A stretch of DNA of 64,000 nucleotides from the NCBI GenBank assembly GCA_030730025.1, contig JANQWC010000003.1:47551-111550 (forward strand), given 5' to 3'. Origin of the DNA: Crocinitomicaceae bacterium (GTDB lineage Bacteria > Bacteroidota > Bacteroidia > Flavobacteriales_D > Crocinitomicaceae). Both the position numbers and the translations under genes were made by a program. The number at the start of each line of letters is the position of its first letter. Positions within the stretch are counted from its first letter, which is position 1. Below the pieces are notes generated by a model. The model did not search any database. It saw only the letters and a list, made by a program, of their open reading frames with translations, and was not told the DNA's origin. This document shows positions 34,890 to 44,740 of this stretch, one piece after another.

Positions 34890-37686
34890 ATGCACAAAAC
34901 TGGCAATATTTTGCTTCTTCTACGTGCGTAAATGGAATGTCGGCGTCGAGTAACTCCAAAACAAGTGTCTGAATGCCTTCTTCAAAGAGGGTCGGTACGC
35001 TAGACAAGTCTGTATTTTTATCGAGGCTGAGCGCAAAGTCGCTGTCGCGATTGATCAGGGATTCAATGCGTGCTTCTGTGGGTAAGTGACCAAAATTTTC
35101 CCGAAAGAACATACTATACAAACAAAGTTGCAGCGCGTGTTTGGTCTTGGTGAAGTTTGTATAGGCATCATCTTTAGCGCTCATTTTGACATCGCTTTCC
35201 TTCACTTTCCCTGACTTGTAGTCGATCACGCGGTAGTGGTTTTGGCCAATGCAGTCTATGCGGTCGATATAACCTACAAAATGAATTGGAATGGCTTCTT
35301 GTTCAAGCTGAATGGTTTGCGCTAGTTCAAATTTAGCTTCAAGTTGGATAATATATAGCGGCTCTTGCAGACTTTTGACAAACGCGAGTTCTTTGAGTAA
35401 CATTTGCTTGGTGAGGTCGAGTGCCATTTCAAAGCTGAGCAAGTTTTTACCGCGCGCAAAGAGCGTTTCATTTTGGTCAAAGTAATTCAAGAAATACTTG
35501 CGCAATACCGCAGGATAAGTCGTGAGCATGGTCGCAATAGCCTTTTCGGTTAAGGGGCCCGGTGCGGGTGTGATCATTGCGCCTTGTTTGTCGCGTTGTG
35601 CGTATGGCGTGTAGAGCTCTTCTAGGCAATTGTGAATCAGGGAGCCAAAGGTGCTCGAGGCGAGGTCTTCTTCTACTTCATCTTCTTCGCCGAACTCCAC
35701 TACATACCGATAGTAGAAATCGAGTGGGCAAGTGATGTATTTGAGCAGGGCCGAGGCGGAAACATTTCCGGCTAAATAGGCCTTGATGCGCGCTTGAATA
35801 GCTGGTGTTTTGGGAATCAGGGTTTGGGTGCTATTTTGCGCCGCTGCCGGAATTTGATAGAAAAATTCTTGCCAACTGACCTGCTGATTCTGTTGCAGCC
35901 ACTCCATTTTGAGCTGCAAGAGGTAGCGGCTGCGCTCATGGCTACCCAAGACCTCACTTGAAGAGGCATAGGTGAAGACGAGCTCGCGCGCGTGGTGCAA
36001 CAACCTGTAGAAGTGCTGGGCAAAAAGTCCTTGTTTATCGCGGTTATTGGGCATGCCGAAAGCCGCGCGAAGGTCCATTGGAATGATGCTCTGGATGGGG
36101 TTGGTTGGCGGCAGCTTTCCTTCGTTCATGCCAAGTACATAAATGCGTTCGAAGTCGAGCAAGCGCGTTTCGAGTAGCCCCGTGAGTTGCAAACCTTCCG
36201 TTGGGCTGCCGAGGTAGGCGAGGTTGCTGCGCGTCCAGTGCTGGTAAAATAATTTTTTGAAGCTACTGAGGGCCATTTGCGGAAAATCGGCGTCTACAAA
36301 TAGTTCAAACTGACGGCATGCGAGTTCAAAAGAAAGCAAGGCTGTGCGCTCAAAGTCATTGGCTGCTGGTATGTAGTCAAGCAAAAGGCTATTGAGCTTG
36401 CGCATTTGTTGAATGGCTTTTTGCCAATCGGCATTCCAGGAGCTTGCTAAAATCTGAATGATTTCCAGCACTTTTGGGTCGAGTTGGAGCTGATCTACGT
36501 TCTGAAATACGCGGTTGTTTTTGACGGTTTTGTGTTCAGCTGCGGCCAACTGCGCTTGTTGTTTTTGGTCAAACGCGAGCGTGGTGAAGGCATGATGGCA
36601 AAACCGCTGAAAATCTTTGTAGTAGAGTGATTTGGTCTTGAATTTAAGCTGGTTTTCTTGGAGTTGGAAGCAGAGGTCTACCCACGTTCTGACTGGGGTT
36701 TGATCGAGGGGTAGTCCGAGTGTGATGTTGGCCTGCCCCACAATTTTAGGAATATTGCGGATGGCGGCATGTACCAAATCTTCGTCTGCTAGGAGCACCA
36801 ACACCTCGCTCCAATCGGAAACAGGATTTTCGAGTAGTTCGGTGGCTAATACTTTTACTTGACCGATGTGTTGGGCACATTCAATGACTTTCACTTTATA
36901 GCTTGCCGTTTGCAATGCATTGCGAAGGTTTTCGGGTTGTTTTTGACCAAAAAACTGCAAATTTTTACGCTGAAAGTGCCCAGCTTCGTGAAATTTATTG
37001 CTCAGGTAAAATTGGTCTGAATCAATGATGAATTCAGCTTGTTTCTTGTCGATGAGGTACTTGATGATGCGTTGTTCAGCCGCCGACAAGGCATTGAACC
37101 CGACAAAAAGATAGTGCATGTCGTCTGAGAGATACAGCGTTGGGCTTTCGGCGAGTTGGCGGTAGGCTTGTGCCTTGCTACAGCCATTGAGCGCTTTAAA
37201 TCTGAGTTGTAGCCCTTCGTGCAGCTGTGGAATGAGTTCCCAAAACAGCATGAATTTCTTTTGAGATGCAGAGTAGGTTTCTTCGTCAATTTGCCAACTC
37301 TCTAACGCTTTGATGGAAGCCAGGTTTTTATAGAGTTGCTGGTGATCGACTAAATAGCGATCGACGTCATCGAAGTCGGAGAGCAGAATTGGGCCCCAGG
37401 TCAGGTAATCTTCAAAAGAAAGCGCTTCTTCTTTGAGGGTGGTTTGATATATCTTGTAGAGCTCGAGGAGCACTTTGGTGGGGTGCAAAAGTTGCTGCGG
37501 ACATAAAGCGGCTACCCATTGGTCGATGGTGAGGATGTGTGGCGAAACTAAAGGCCCGTTGTTTGCGGCATAAAGCGCATTGAGTAAATAGCGTTTAGCG
37601 CGTTCAGACGGCAGAAGAATGGTTAGTTTTTTGGGGTCGTGTCCTTTTTGAAGGATGTCTATGGCCAGTTGATCCAGAAATTTCAT
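34888..37686 (-). CDS. PD-(D/E)XK nuclease family protein, AddB-like (inactive-helicase scaffold plus C-terminal RecB-type nuclease)
   Basis: The protein is about 930 aa with no Walker A motif at the N-terminus. The C-terminal nuclease motifs are YITCPLDFYYRY, GYIDRIDCI...RVIDYKSGK and QLCLY. The protein ends ...YCQFCA. Confidence 0.8.
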   Translation of the reverse strand: MKFLDQLAIDILQKGHDPKKLTILLPSERAKRYLLNALYAANNGPLVSPHILTIDQWVAALCPQQLLHPTKVLLELYKIYQTTLKEEALSFEDYLTWGPILLSDFDDVDRYLVDHQQLYKNLASIKALESWQIDEETYSASQKKFMLFWELIPQLHEGLQLRFKALNGCSKAQAYRQLAESPTLYLSDDMHYLFVGFNALSAAEQRIIKYLIDKKQAEFIIDSDQFYLSNKFHEAGHFQRKNLQFFGQKQPENLRNALQTASYKVKVIECAQHIGQVKVLATELLENPVSDWSEVLVLLADEDLVHAAIRNIPKIVGQANITLGLPLDQTPVRTWVDLCFQLQENQLKFKTKSLYYKDFQRFCHHAFTTLAFDQKQQAQLAAAEHKTVKNNRVFQNVDQLQLDPKVLEIIQILASSWNADWQKAIQQMRKLNSLLLDYIPAANDFERTALLSFELACRQFELFVDADFPQMALSSFKKLFYQHWTRSNLAYLGSPTEGLQLTGLLETRLLDFERIYVLGMNEGKLPPTNPIQSIIPMDLRAAFGMPNNRDKQGLFAQHFYRLLHHARELVFTYASSSEVLGSHERSRYLLQLKMEWLQQNQQVSWQEFFYQIPAAAQNSTQTLIPKTPAIQARIKAYLAGNVSASALLKYITCPLDFYYRYVVEFGEEDEVEEDLASSTFGSLIHNCLEELYTPYAQRDKQGAMITPAPGPLTEKAIATMLTTYPAVLRKYFLNYFDQNETLFARGKNLLSFEMALDLTKQMLLKELAFVKSLQEPLYIIQLEAKFELAQTIQLEQEAIPIHFVGYIDRIDCIGQNHYRVIDYKSGKVKESDVKMSAKDDAYTNFTKTKHALQLCLYSMFFRENFGHLPTEARIESLINRDSDFALSLDKNTDLSSVPTLFEEGIQTLVLELLDADIPFTHVEEAKYCQFCA

Positions 37687-37703
37687 GCGCCTATGATGTT
37701 AAT

Positions 37704-38924
37704 TCATTCGAACCAAACTTTTCCAAAGAAGGAAAACGGACGGTTGGAATGCATGAATTTATGACCGCCGTAAGACTTGATGATCGCAAAGTAGTTGGCA
37801 CCAAATTGAACTTGAACATAATTGAGCCCTTCGGGATAGGTATCGGATAGGCCTTGAAAGACCACCGAGCCGTCGTCTAGCGTTTTTTTGGTCATGGTGG
37901 CTCCGGCAGGTGGGTTGATGTAGATACTCGCAATTTCTTCTACAGAAATGGTGGTGTCGCGGGCTTGAATATTGATTTCAAAGGTATTGCCTTGCCCGAG
38001 TTCGCGGTAGATGAGTTTAAGAGAGCCGTCGGGGAGGCTGAGCGCTAGTGGTTTGCCCGGAAACTTAGCGACCAACCCAGATTGTTGATCTACGTAAATG
38101 GATTCTGTTTGTTTTTTGACCAAGCGCTTGCTTTGTGGCGCCTGAGAGCTAATGGTCCAGCGAACAGCGCGCACTTTGTAGCCACGTGCTCTGAGGAGTT
38201 GCAAAAGGCCTTCTTCGCCACCTAGATGCCCTGCTCCAACGGCGCAAAAGAACGATTGCTGTGTTTTGAGCAGCTCGAGCAGTTTGTCTAGCATTTGGAG
38301 GTTGCGCTTGACAATGACTTCGTCGTAAAGGTTTTCTTGGACAGAAAGGTAGGATTTCATGAAGCGCTGCAGTGCGTCGAGGTCTCCGCGCAAGTAGAGT
38401 TCGAGTAGCTTTTCTTGCGTGAATGCATTGATTTGGTTGTCGAGAATGCGGCGCTCGCTCAGCTTGAATTCATTAGATAACGCGTATTGCTCCTCGACTT
38501 TTTCGAGTGCAATGGTTTCTTTGCCTAATTGGAGCCCCACAACTTGAAAATACGCATCTAGAAATTGTGGCATGCCATCTTCGGTTCCGTAAAGGGTTTG
38601 GGAGGTCATGATGAGGCTGGTGTAAGATTTACCCTTGTCGTCAAAGCGTGTTTCGGGTAAATTTTTACGGGTGTCCATCGTCGAGAAAAGACTGTAGATG
38701 TCTGTCTCGAGAACTATTTTTTGCGCTTGCTCAAAGGCTATATAGACGCTGTCAGAAAGCTCAAAAAGTTCGCGGTCGTTGGCATGTAGGGTGCCGAAGA
38801 GGTAAGATTTGACGCCAGACTTCGGATGAGAGACTTCCCAGAGGAGTTCTTTGTCGAGCTCCATGGGTTGAGCCAGCCCAAAATTGGCGCTAAGTAAAGC
38901 CAGTAAAATGAGTGCCGTACGCAT
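37704..38924 (-). CDS. TraB/GumN-family protein (secreted)
   Basis: The signal peptide is MRTALILLALLSANFGLA|Q. LLWEVSHPKSGVKSYLFGTLHAND and FFCAVGAGHLGGEEGLLQLLRARGY are TraB/GumN hallmarks. Confidence 0.8.
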   Translation of the reverse strand: MRTALILLALLSANFGLAQPMELDKELLWEVSHPKSGVKSYLFGTLHANDRELFELSDSVYIAFEQAQKIVLETDIYSLFSTMDTRKNLPETRFDDKGKSYTSLIMTSQTLYGTEDGMPQFLDAYFQVVGLQLGKETIALEKVEEQYALSNEFKLSERRILDNQINAFTQEKLLELYLRGDLDALQRFMKSYLSVQENLYDEVIVKRNLQMLDKLLELLKTQQSFFCAVGAGHLGGEEGLLQLLRARGYKVRAVRWTISSQAPQSKRLVKKQTESIYVDQQSGLVAKFPGKPLALSLPDGSLKLIYRELGQGNTFEINIQARDTTISVEEIASIYINPPAGATMTKKTLDDGSVVFQGLSDTYPEGLNYVQVQFGANYFAIIKSYGGHKFMHSNRPFSFFGKVWFE

Positions 38925-38938
38925 GTATTCAAAGTTAA

Positions 38939-40171
38939 TCAAATAAAAACACGTTGAATGTGTTTTTCTGTGTAGGCATAAGCTAAATAAGCCAAGGATG
39001 GCAGCTCGTTTGTCAAGAGAATAGGCGATTTTCTGCCCAAAGCGATTTGGCCGTGTGTTTGCCCGAGCTCAAGCGCGGCTGCGGCGTTGATGGTGAGGGC
39101 GTTGATGGCTGCCTCAGGTGTCATTTTCATTTTGATGCAGGCCAAAGATAGCACGTGCATGAGGTCATAACTCGGAGAAGAACCCGGATTGAAATCGCTG
39201 GCGAGTGCCACAATGGCATCGGCAGCCATGAGTTGGTCCGCTGCGCCAAATGGAATCGATAAGAAATGCGAACAACCTGGCAAGAGCGTGGCCACACAAT
39301 TGCTATTGGCAAGAGCGTGGAGATCGTTTTGGTCGAGTTCTTCGAGGTGGTCTACAGAAATAGCACCTTTGGCGATTGCCGCAGGAACGCCACCTAGTAC
39401 TGAAAACTGATTGACATGCACTTTTGGCTTGAGGCCGTATTTGGCGCCGGCGTCGAGAATTTGTTCCATCTCGGCCGTGCTAAAATAATTGCGCTCACAA
39501 AATACGTCGATGTAGTCTGCGAGTTGCTCCGCTGCAATAACGGGTAAAATATCGTTGATCAAAAGCGAAATATAAGCCTCTCGCTTGGTTTTGTAGTCTT
39601 GTGGAATGGCGTGCGCACCTAAAAAAGTGGCTTTGATCTCGATAGGAGAAGCCGCTTTGAGTTTTTGTATGACCCGCAGCATTTTGAGCTCGCCCTCTAC
39701 ACTAAGGCCATATCCAGACTTGATTTCAACTGCGCCCGTGCCGGCGGCCTGCATTTTGTGAAGGCGTGCTAGTGCAGCGTCGTAGAGCGCCGCTTCGGTC
39801 ATTTGGTTGAGTTTTTTGGCAGAATTGAGGATGCCACCACCTTTGGCCGCGATTTCTTCGTAGCTCAGGCCGTTGATGCGGTCCACAAATTCTTCTTCGC
39901 GGCTGGCGGCAAAAACGGTGTGGGTATGTGAATCGATGAAGGCGGGCAGTACATAACAATTGCTGGCGTCAATGACCTCTACCTCGCGCCAGTCCGTGAT
40001 GCCGGGCCATTCGTTCATGGGGCCGTAGGCGATGACTTCGTTGTCTTCTAAAGCCAAAAAGGCATTTTCAATAATGGGCAAATGGTTCATTTGTGAGCCG
40101 CGCAGCACCATTGGAAGGTCTTCACCTGCTTGAACAAGCCCTTTGATATTCTTGATAAATTGTTTGCGCAT
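38939..40171 (-). CDS. hutI: imidazolonepropionase
   Basis: LPAFIDSHTHTVFAASREEEF, FCERNYFS, HVNQFS, SVDHLEE and ALASDFNPGSSP are amidohydrolase/HutI motifs. I prefer the ATG at 40171 to the GTG at 40183. Confidence 0.9.
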   Translation of the reverse strand: MRKQFIKNIKGLVQAGEDLPMVLRGSQMNHLPIIENAFLALEDNEVIAYGPMNEWPGITDWREVEVIDASNCYVLPAFIDSHTHTVFAASREEEFVDRINGLSYEEIAAKGGGILNSAKKLNQMTEAALYDAALARLHKMQAAGTGAVEIKSGYGLSVEGELKMLRVIQKLKAASPIEIKATFLGAHAIPQDYKTKREAYISLLINDILPVIAAEQLADYIDVFCERNYFSTAEMEQILDAGAKYGLKPKVHVNQFSVLGGVPAAIAKGAISVDHLEELDQNDLHALANSNCVATLLPGCSHFLSIPFGAADQLMAADAIVALASDFNPGSSPSYDLMHVLSLACIKMKMTPEAAINALTINAAAALELGQTHGQIALGRKSPILLTNELPSLAYLAYAYTEKHIQRVFI

Positions 40172-40242
40172 ACGTATTTTCACTGTAAAGATAAGGGCAA
40201 TTTCGGCTTAATTTCGTTCTGATGACACAAAGAAATTCAGAC

Positions 40243-40602
40243 ATGAAGCACGACGTGCTCGGCAAATGGGGAGAAGCCTATGCCTTGGCGCACCTGCTGG
40301 GCCTCGGTTTTGGCCTCAAAGCCCGCAACTACAAATTCAACCGCATGGAAATCGACTTGATCATGACCGACGGCCAAACATTGGTGGTGGTGGAGGTCAA
40401 AACGCGGCATAGCGCGGAGCTTGGCGAACCATGGCGCGCCGTCAATTTGGCCAAGCAAAAGCAACTCATTCGGGTTGCCAATTACTTCACAAAATCCATT
40501 GAATGGCCTTATGAGGTGCGCTTTGATGTCGTGTCAATTGTGCACAACAGCAACCACACCGACCTCACGCACATCAAAGATGCGTTCAGCCCTAGGCCCT
40601 GA
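40243..40602 (+). CDS. YraN-family (UPF0102) endonuclease-like protein
   Basis: GKWGEAYALAHL...GFGLKARNYKFNRMEIDLIM...LVVVEVKTR matches the YraN pattern. Confidence 0.8.
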   Translation: MKHDVLGKWGEAYALAHLLGLGFGLKARNYKFNRMEIDLIMTDGQTLVVVEVKTRHSAELGEPWRAVNLAKQKQLIRVANYFTKSIEWPYEVRFDVVSIVHNSNHTDLTHIKDAFSPRP

Positions 40603-40603
40603 C

Positions 40604-42001
40604 TTAAATGTGTAAAGCGCGGTCGGCAGTAGCGGCAAGCGCAGCTTCTTTGATCGCTTCAGAATAGGTCGGGTGCCCATGACAAATGCGCGCGATGTCT
40701 TCGGCAGATGCACGGTATTCCATGGCGGTTACGGCTTCCATAATGAGGTCTGCTGCACGAGGCGCAATCATGTGTACGCCTAAAATTTCATCGGTCTCGG
40801 CGTCGGCCAAAATCTTGACAAAACCACTGGTGTCCATACTAGCGCGCGCTCTGCCCAATGCTTTGATCGGGAAAGAACCTGCTTTGTAGGCGCGTCCGGC
40901 AGTCTTGAGTTCTTCTTCGGTCTGCCCCACAGCTGCAATTTCTGGCCAAGTATATACAACACCTGGAATGAGATTGTAATTGATGTGTGGTTTTTGTCCT
41001 GCGATTTGCTCTGCGACAAAAACACCTTCTTCTTCGGCTTTGTGTGCGAGCATGGCACCGCGCACGACATCGCCAATAGCGTAGATATGCCCAACTGTTG
41101 TTTGCAGGTGTTCATTGACTTCTACTTGACCGCGTTGGTTCACCTGTAAGCCTGCTTTATCCAAATTTAAACCATCTGTAAAAGCTTTTCGGCCAACTGC
41201 CACCAAACAGTAGTCTGCCTCGAGGGTGATTTGCTCTCCTTTTTTATTTTCGGCGGTCAGTACAACTTGTTTGCCGTTGTTGACCACACCGATTACTTTG
41301 TGCTCCATATGGAACTTGAAACCTTCTTTTTTGAGGATTTTGGTGAATTCTTTGCCAATTCCGGCATCCATAGTTGGCAAGATACTCGGTGCAAATTCAA
41401 TGACTTCTACCACTGCACCCAAACGTGCGTAAACAGAACCTAATTCGAGGCCAATAACCCCTCCGCCAATGACGAGCATCTTTTTAGGAATTTCTTGGAG
41501 CTTGAGCGCTTCAGTTGAGGTGATAATGCGTTTTTTGTCTGGCTCCATTCCTGGAAAGTAGTTGGGCTTGCTACCAGTGGCAATGATGATGTTTTTGCCG
41601 CTGATTTGAGTGGTTTGTTCGCCTTTGATTTCGACGGTGTGTGCATCGATAAAGCTACCAACACCTTGGTAAACCGTGATTTTGTTTTTGTCCATGAGGT
41701 ACTTGACCCCAGCGCAAGTTTGTGCAACGACTTCATTTTTGCGGTCGATCATTTGAGCGAGGTTGGCTTTGAGGCCTGTTACTTCGATGCCATGCGCAGC
41801 AAAGTTGTGTTGGGCATTGTAAAAATGTTCGGAAGAATCGAGTAGTGCTTTGGAGGGAATACAACCTACATTGAGGCAAGTTCCGCCTAAAGTGCTGTAT
41901 TTTTCTATCAAAGCTGTTTTCAGGCCGAGTTGAGCACAGCGCAAGGCTGAAACGTATCCGCCGGGTCCTGAACCGATTACTACCACATCAAAAGTTTCCA
42001 T
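40604..42001 (-). CDS. lpdA: dihydrolipoyl dehydrogenase
   Basis: VVIGSGPGGY, the redox-active GGTCLNVGCIPSK, and the C-terminal HGHPTYSE interface motif are present. Confidence 0.95.
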   Translation of the reverse strand: METFDVVVIGSGPGGYVSALRCAQLGLKTALIEKYSTLGGTCLNVGCIPSKALLDSSEHFYNAQHNFAAHGIEVTGLKANLAQMIDRKNEVVAQTCAGVKYLMDKNKITVYQGVGSFIDAHTVEIKGEQTTQISGKNIIIATGSKPNYFPGMEPDKKRIITSTEALKLQEIPKKMLVIGGGVIGLELGSVYARLGAVVEVIEFAPSILPTMDAGIGKEFTKILKKEGFKFHMEHKVIGVVNNGKQVVLTAENKKGEQITLEADYCLVAVGRKAFTDGLNLDKAGLQVNQRGQVEVNEHLQTTVGHIYAIGDVVRGAMLAHKAEEEGVFVAEQIAGQKPHINYNLIPGVVYTWPEIAAVGQTEEELKTAGRAYKAGSFPIKALGRARASMDTSGFVKILADAETDEILGVHMIAPRAADLIMEAVTAMEYRASAEDIARICHGHPTYSEAIKEAALAATADRALHI

Positions 42002-42017
42002 CCGTCTAATTTTTTTA

Positions 42018-42025
42018 CAAATTTA
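42018..42025 (-). promoter_or_regulatory. candidate Bacteroidota -7 promoter box (TAAATTTG on minus strand) for lpdA
   Basis: Plus-strand CAAATTTA lies 16 nt upstream of the ATG at 42001. Confidence 0.35.
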
Positions 42026-42052
42026 CAGTTTGTACACGAACAACCAAAGCCT

Positions 42053-42060
42053 TAATTTTG
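42053..42060 (+). promoter_or_regulatory. candidate Bacteroidota -7 promoter box (TAATTTTG) for the T9SS cargo gene
   Basis: Exact TAnnTTTG match. It overlaps the TTG at 42058 used by the ORF track, which argues for the in-frame GTG at 42073 as the real start. Confidence 0.35.
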
Positions 42061-42072
42061 CGTTGTAACGCT

Positions 42073-44739
42073 GTGCACAAGTTAAAAACACTCTTCTTAA
42101 GCCTTTCGCTGCTCCTTTCGGGTTGGTCTGTGGCCTCGCACATCATAGGTGGAGACATCTACTACAACTACCTTGGCAACAATCAATACCGCTTTTTCAT
42201 TACCCTTTACCGCGATTGCGCTTCAACAGGCGCACAATACGACGACCCCCTTTACCTCTCGATCTTTACCCAGGGCAATGTCCATTACCAAACAGTGCAG
42301 GTGCCTTTTCCGGGCTCAGTGGTGCTGCCCATCAATTTCAATAACCCATGTGCCACACAGCCAACAGGAATTTGTGTTGAGCGCGCGATTTATCAAGTGG
42401 TCTTGACGCTTCCTCCTATTCCCGGTGGCTACACGGTTTCTTATCAGCGCTGCTGCCGAGGTCCAAATATCACCAATTTACAATTCCCCGACGACACCGG
42501 CCTTACGCTCGTGGCGCAAATTCCGGGCTCCAATACAAATGCCAGTAACAACAGCAGCCCGCGCTTTACGAACTACCCGCCGGTTTTGCTCTGCAACAAC
42601 GACCAATTGCTTTTTGACCATGTGGCCACAGACCCCGACGGCGATCAACTAGTTTATTCGTTAGTAACGCCCAATGCTGGGGCAAACTCCGGCAACCCAC
42701 AGCCCTTGCAAATGCCGCCCCCGCCTTATTTTCCGGTTACTTGGCAGCCAAATTTCAATGCTGCAGTACCTCTGGGCCCTGGTTCGTCTACCATTATTCA
42801 TCCGAGCACAGGTTTGTTGACCGTGAGTCCGAACTTGATTGGTTTGTTCGTAGTGGGTGTGCGGGTCCAAGAATACCGCAATGGCCAACTCATTGGTGAA
42901 ACCGTCCGCGACTTCCTCTTCCGTGTTTTTGATTGTAACATTCAGCTAGCTGCCATTTTGCCTACTCAAACCCAATTGCCCAATTTCAGTGGTTACTGCG
43001 ATGGATTAACCGTTCAGTTTGACAACATGTCTTACGGCGGCACCAACTACAGCTGGGATTTCGGCGTAGCGGGTACCAACGCAGATGTGAGTCCGTTGTA
43101 TGAACCCACCTACACGTATCCGGGTTCGGGCACCTACACGGCCCAACTGATTGTCAATCCGGGTCAGAACTGCACCGACACAGCTTACATAGAAATTGTT
43201 GTCAACGAAGAACTTGAACTCGAATGGCAAACCCAAGATTCACTTTGTCTGGATGGCAACTCCCATGATTTTTTAGCTCAAGTTTCTGATCCATCTGCAA
43301 CGCTCTCCTGGACTTTTCCGCCGAGCGCATCCGTTTCACAAGCAAGCAGTAACTTGGTGCCTGGTGTCGTGTTTTCCTTGCCCGGATTCCATCCCGTATT
43401 ATTAGAGGCCACCACAAGCTATTGCCAGCAAACTTTCCTAGACTCCATTTATATTTTTGGCGAGGCCACGGCCGCAATTGTGGTACCACCTCAAGTGGAG
43501 TGTTTGGGCTATACCATTTCATTTGGCAACGCCTCGCAAAACGCCATGTCTTACAACTGGGATTTCGGAAATGGGCAAGTCAGTTCTCAAATGCTGCCCA
43601 CCACAACCTTTCCAGGTCCTGGCGTGTATCCGATAACGCTCATCGCTGGCTCATCGCCAAGTTGTTTGGACACCTCAACAGTAAATGTCACGATTGAAGA
43701 GCCCATCGTATTGAACTTGACGCATACCGACTCACTCTGCATAGACGACTTTTTCAATTTCGATGCGCAGGTGAGCGGCCCTGTTGGCACTTCCTATTTC
43801 TGGGATTTTGGCCCGAATGCCACACCCACCTCAAGCAATCAATTGACGGGCAACACCGTACTATTTGACCAAAATGGCAACCAACAAGTATTATTGATAG
43901 GTCAAAATGCACTTTGCGCAGATACTGCCGTTGCTTTGGTGCGCGTTTTTGGACATGCGAGCATCAATTTCATGTTCTTGAACGCCCTGCAATGTGCGCC
44001 ATCTCAAGCACAGTTTGTGAACTTGAGTCAGAGCGAGGTGCCTACCACTTATCTTTGGGATCTAGGCGATGGCACCCAAGTGCAAGGCACCAATGTGCTG
44101 CACACCTACAGCCAGTCGGGTAATTATACCGTAACGCTAACGCTCATCGAACAATTCGGTTGTCTAGATACTTTGTTTATGGCGCAGCAAGACCTCGTTA
44201 CCGTGCATCCTTCACCGCAGGCAGGCTTCTCTATTAACCCAGATCGTGTCGATGTTTGTCAGAACGAGGCAGTCTTTACAGATCTCTCCATTGATGCAGT
44301 TAGCTATCAGTATTTTGTCGAGGACCGCGGTGTGCAGTACACTACCGCTAATTTTGTCCATGCGTATCAGAGCGGCGGCACAGACTACCCAATGCAAGTA
44401 GTGTCGAATCAATTTGGTTGTACAGATACGGCCTATGCACGTGTAGAAGTGGAACCATTTAGTATTTATGCACCGAACACTTTTATTCCGGACGGAAACG
44501 GCCGCAATGAGGTTTTTAAAGTCGTGACTGACTTCGGGGCTACGGATTGGTCTTTAGAGATTTTCAACCGCTGGGGTGAGCGTGTTTTTGTGAGCCAAAA
44601 TGCAGCAGAGGGTTGGGATGGAACCTACAACGGACTGCCGTGCCAAGATGGTTTGTATAATTATGTCTTGAAGTTCAGACCGTGTCATGAGCCGTATGTT
44701 CGCCGACAGCGCGAAGGCGTGGTGCATTTGTTGCGCTAG
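42073..44739 (+). CDS. T9SS cargo: Cys-rich N-terminal domain + multiple PKD-like domains + type-B C-terminal sorting domain
   Basis: The signal peptide is (M)HKLKTLFLSLSLLLSGWSVAS. HIIGGDIYYNYLGNNQYRFFITLYRDC is typical of 'gliding motility-associated C-terminal domain' proteins. PKD-like units include YSWDFG...YTYPGSGTYTAQL, YNWDFGNG and YLWDLGDG...HTYSQSGNYTVTL. The CTD is YAPNTFIPDGNGRNEVF...IFNRWGERVF...WDGTYNG...GLYNYV...GVVHLLR. Confidence 0.8.
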   Translation: MHKLKTLFLSLSLLLSGWSVASHIIGGDIYYNYLGNNQYRFFITLYRDCASTGAQYDDPLYLSIFTQGNVHYQTVQVPFPGSVVLPINFNNPCATQPTGICVERAIYQVVLTLPPIPGGYTVSYQRCCRGPNITNLQFPDDTGLTLVAQIPGSNTNASNNSSPRFTNYPPVLLCNNDQLLFDHVATDPDGDQLVYSLVTPNAGANSGNPQPLQMPPPPYFPVTWQPNFNAAVPLGPGSSTIIHPSTGLLTVSPNLIGLFVVGVRVQEYRNGQLIGETVRDFLFRVFDCNIQLAAILPTQTQLPNFSGYCDGLTVQFDNMSYGGTNYSWDFGVAGTNADVSPLYEPTYTYPGSGTYTAQLIVNPGQNCTDTAYIEIVVNEELELEWQTQDSLCLDGNSHDFLAQVSDPSATLSWTFPPSASVSQASSNLVPGVVFSLPGFHPVLLEATTSYCQQTFLDSIYIFGEATAAIVVPPQVECLGYTISFGNASQNAMSYNWDFGNGQVSSQMLPTTTFPGPGVYPITLIAGSSPSCLDTSTVNVTIEEPIVLNLTHTDSLCIDDFFNFDAQVSGPVGTSYFWDFGPNATPTSSNQLTGNTVLFDQNGNQQVLLIGQNALCADTAVALVRVFGHASINFMFLNALQCAPSQAQFVNLSQSEVPTTYLWDLGDGTQVQGTNVLHTYSQSGNYTVTLTLIEQFGCLDTLFMAQQDLVTVHPSPQAGFSINPDRVDVCQNEAVFTDLSIDAVSYQYFVEDRGVQYTTANFVHAYQSGGTDYPMQVVSNQFGCTDTAYARVEVEPFSIYAPNTFIPDGNGRNEVFKVVTDFGATDWSLEIFNRWGERVFVSQNAAEGWDGTYNGLPCQDGLYNYVLKFRPCHEPYVRRQREGVVHLLR

Positions 44740-44740
44740 T

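Noticed and set aside
38939-40171. hutI without hutH/hutU/hutG, as a possible remnant or repurposed gene.
   Set aside because: The ORF is intact with all metal-binding motifs. The other hut genes may simply lie outside this window, so nothing in the sequence marks it as unusual.
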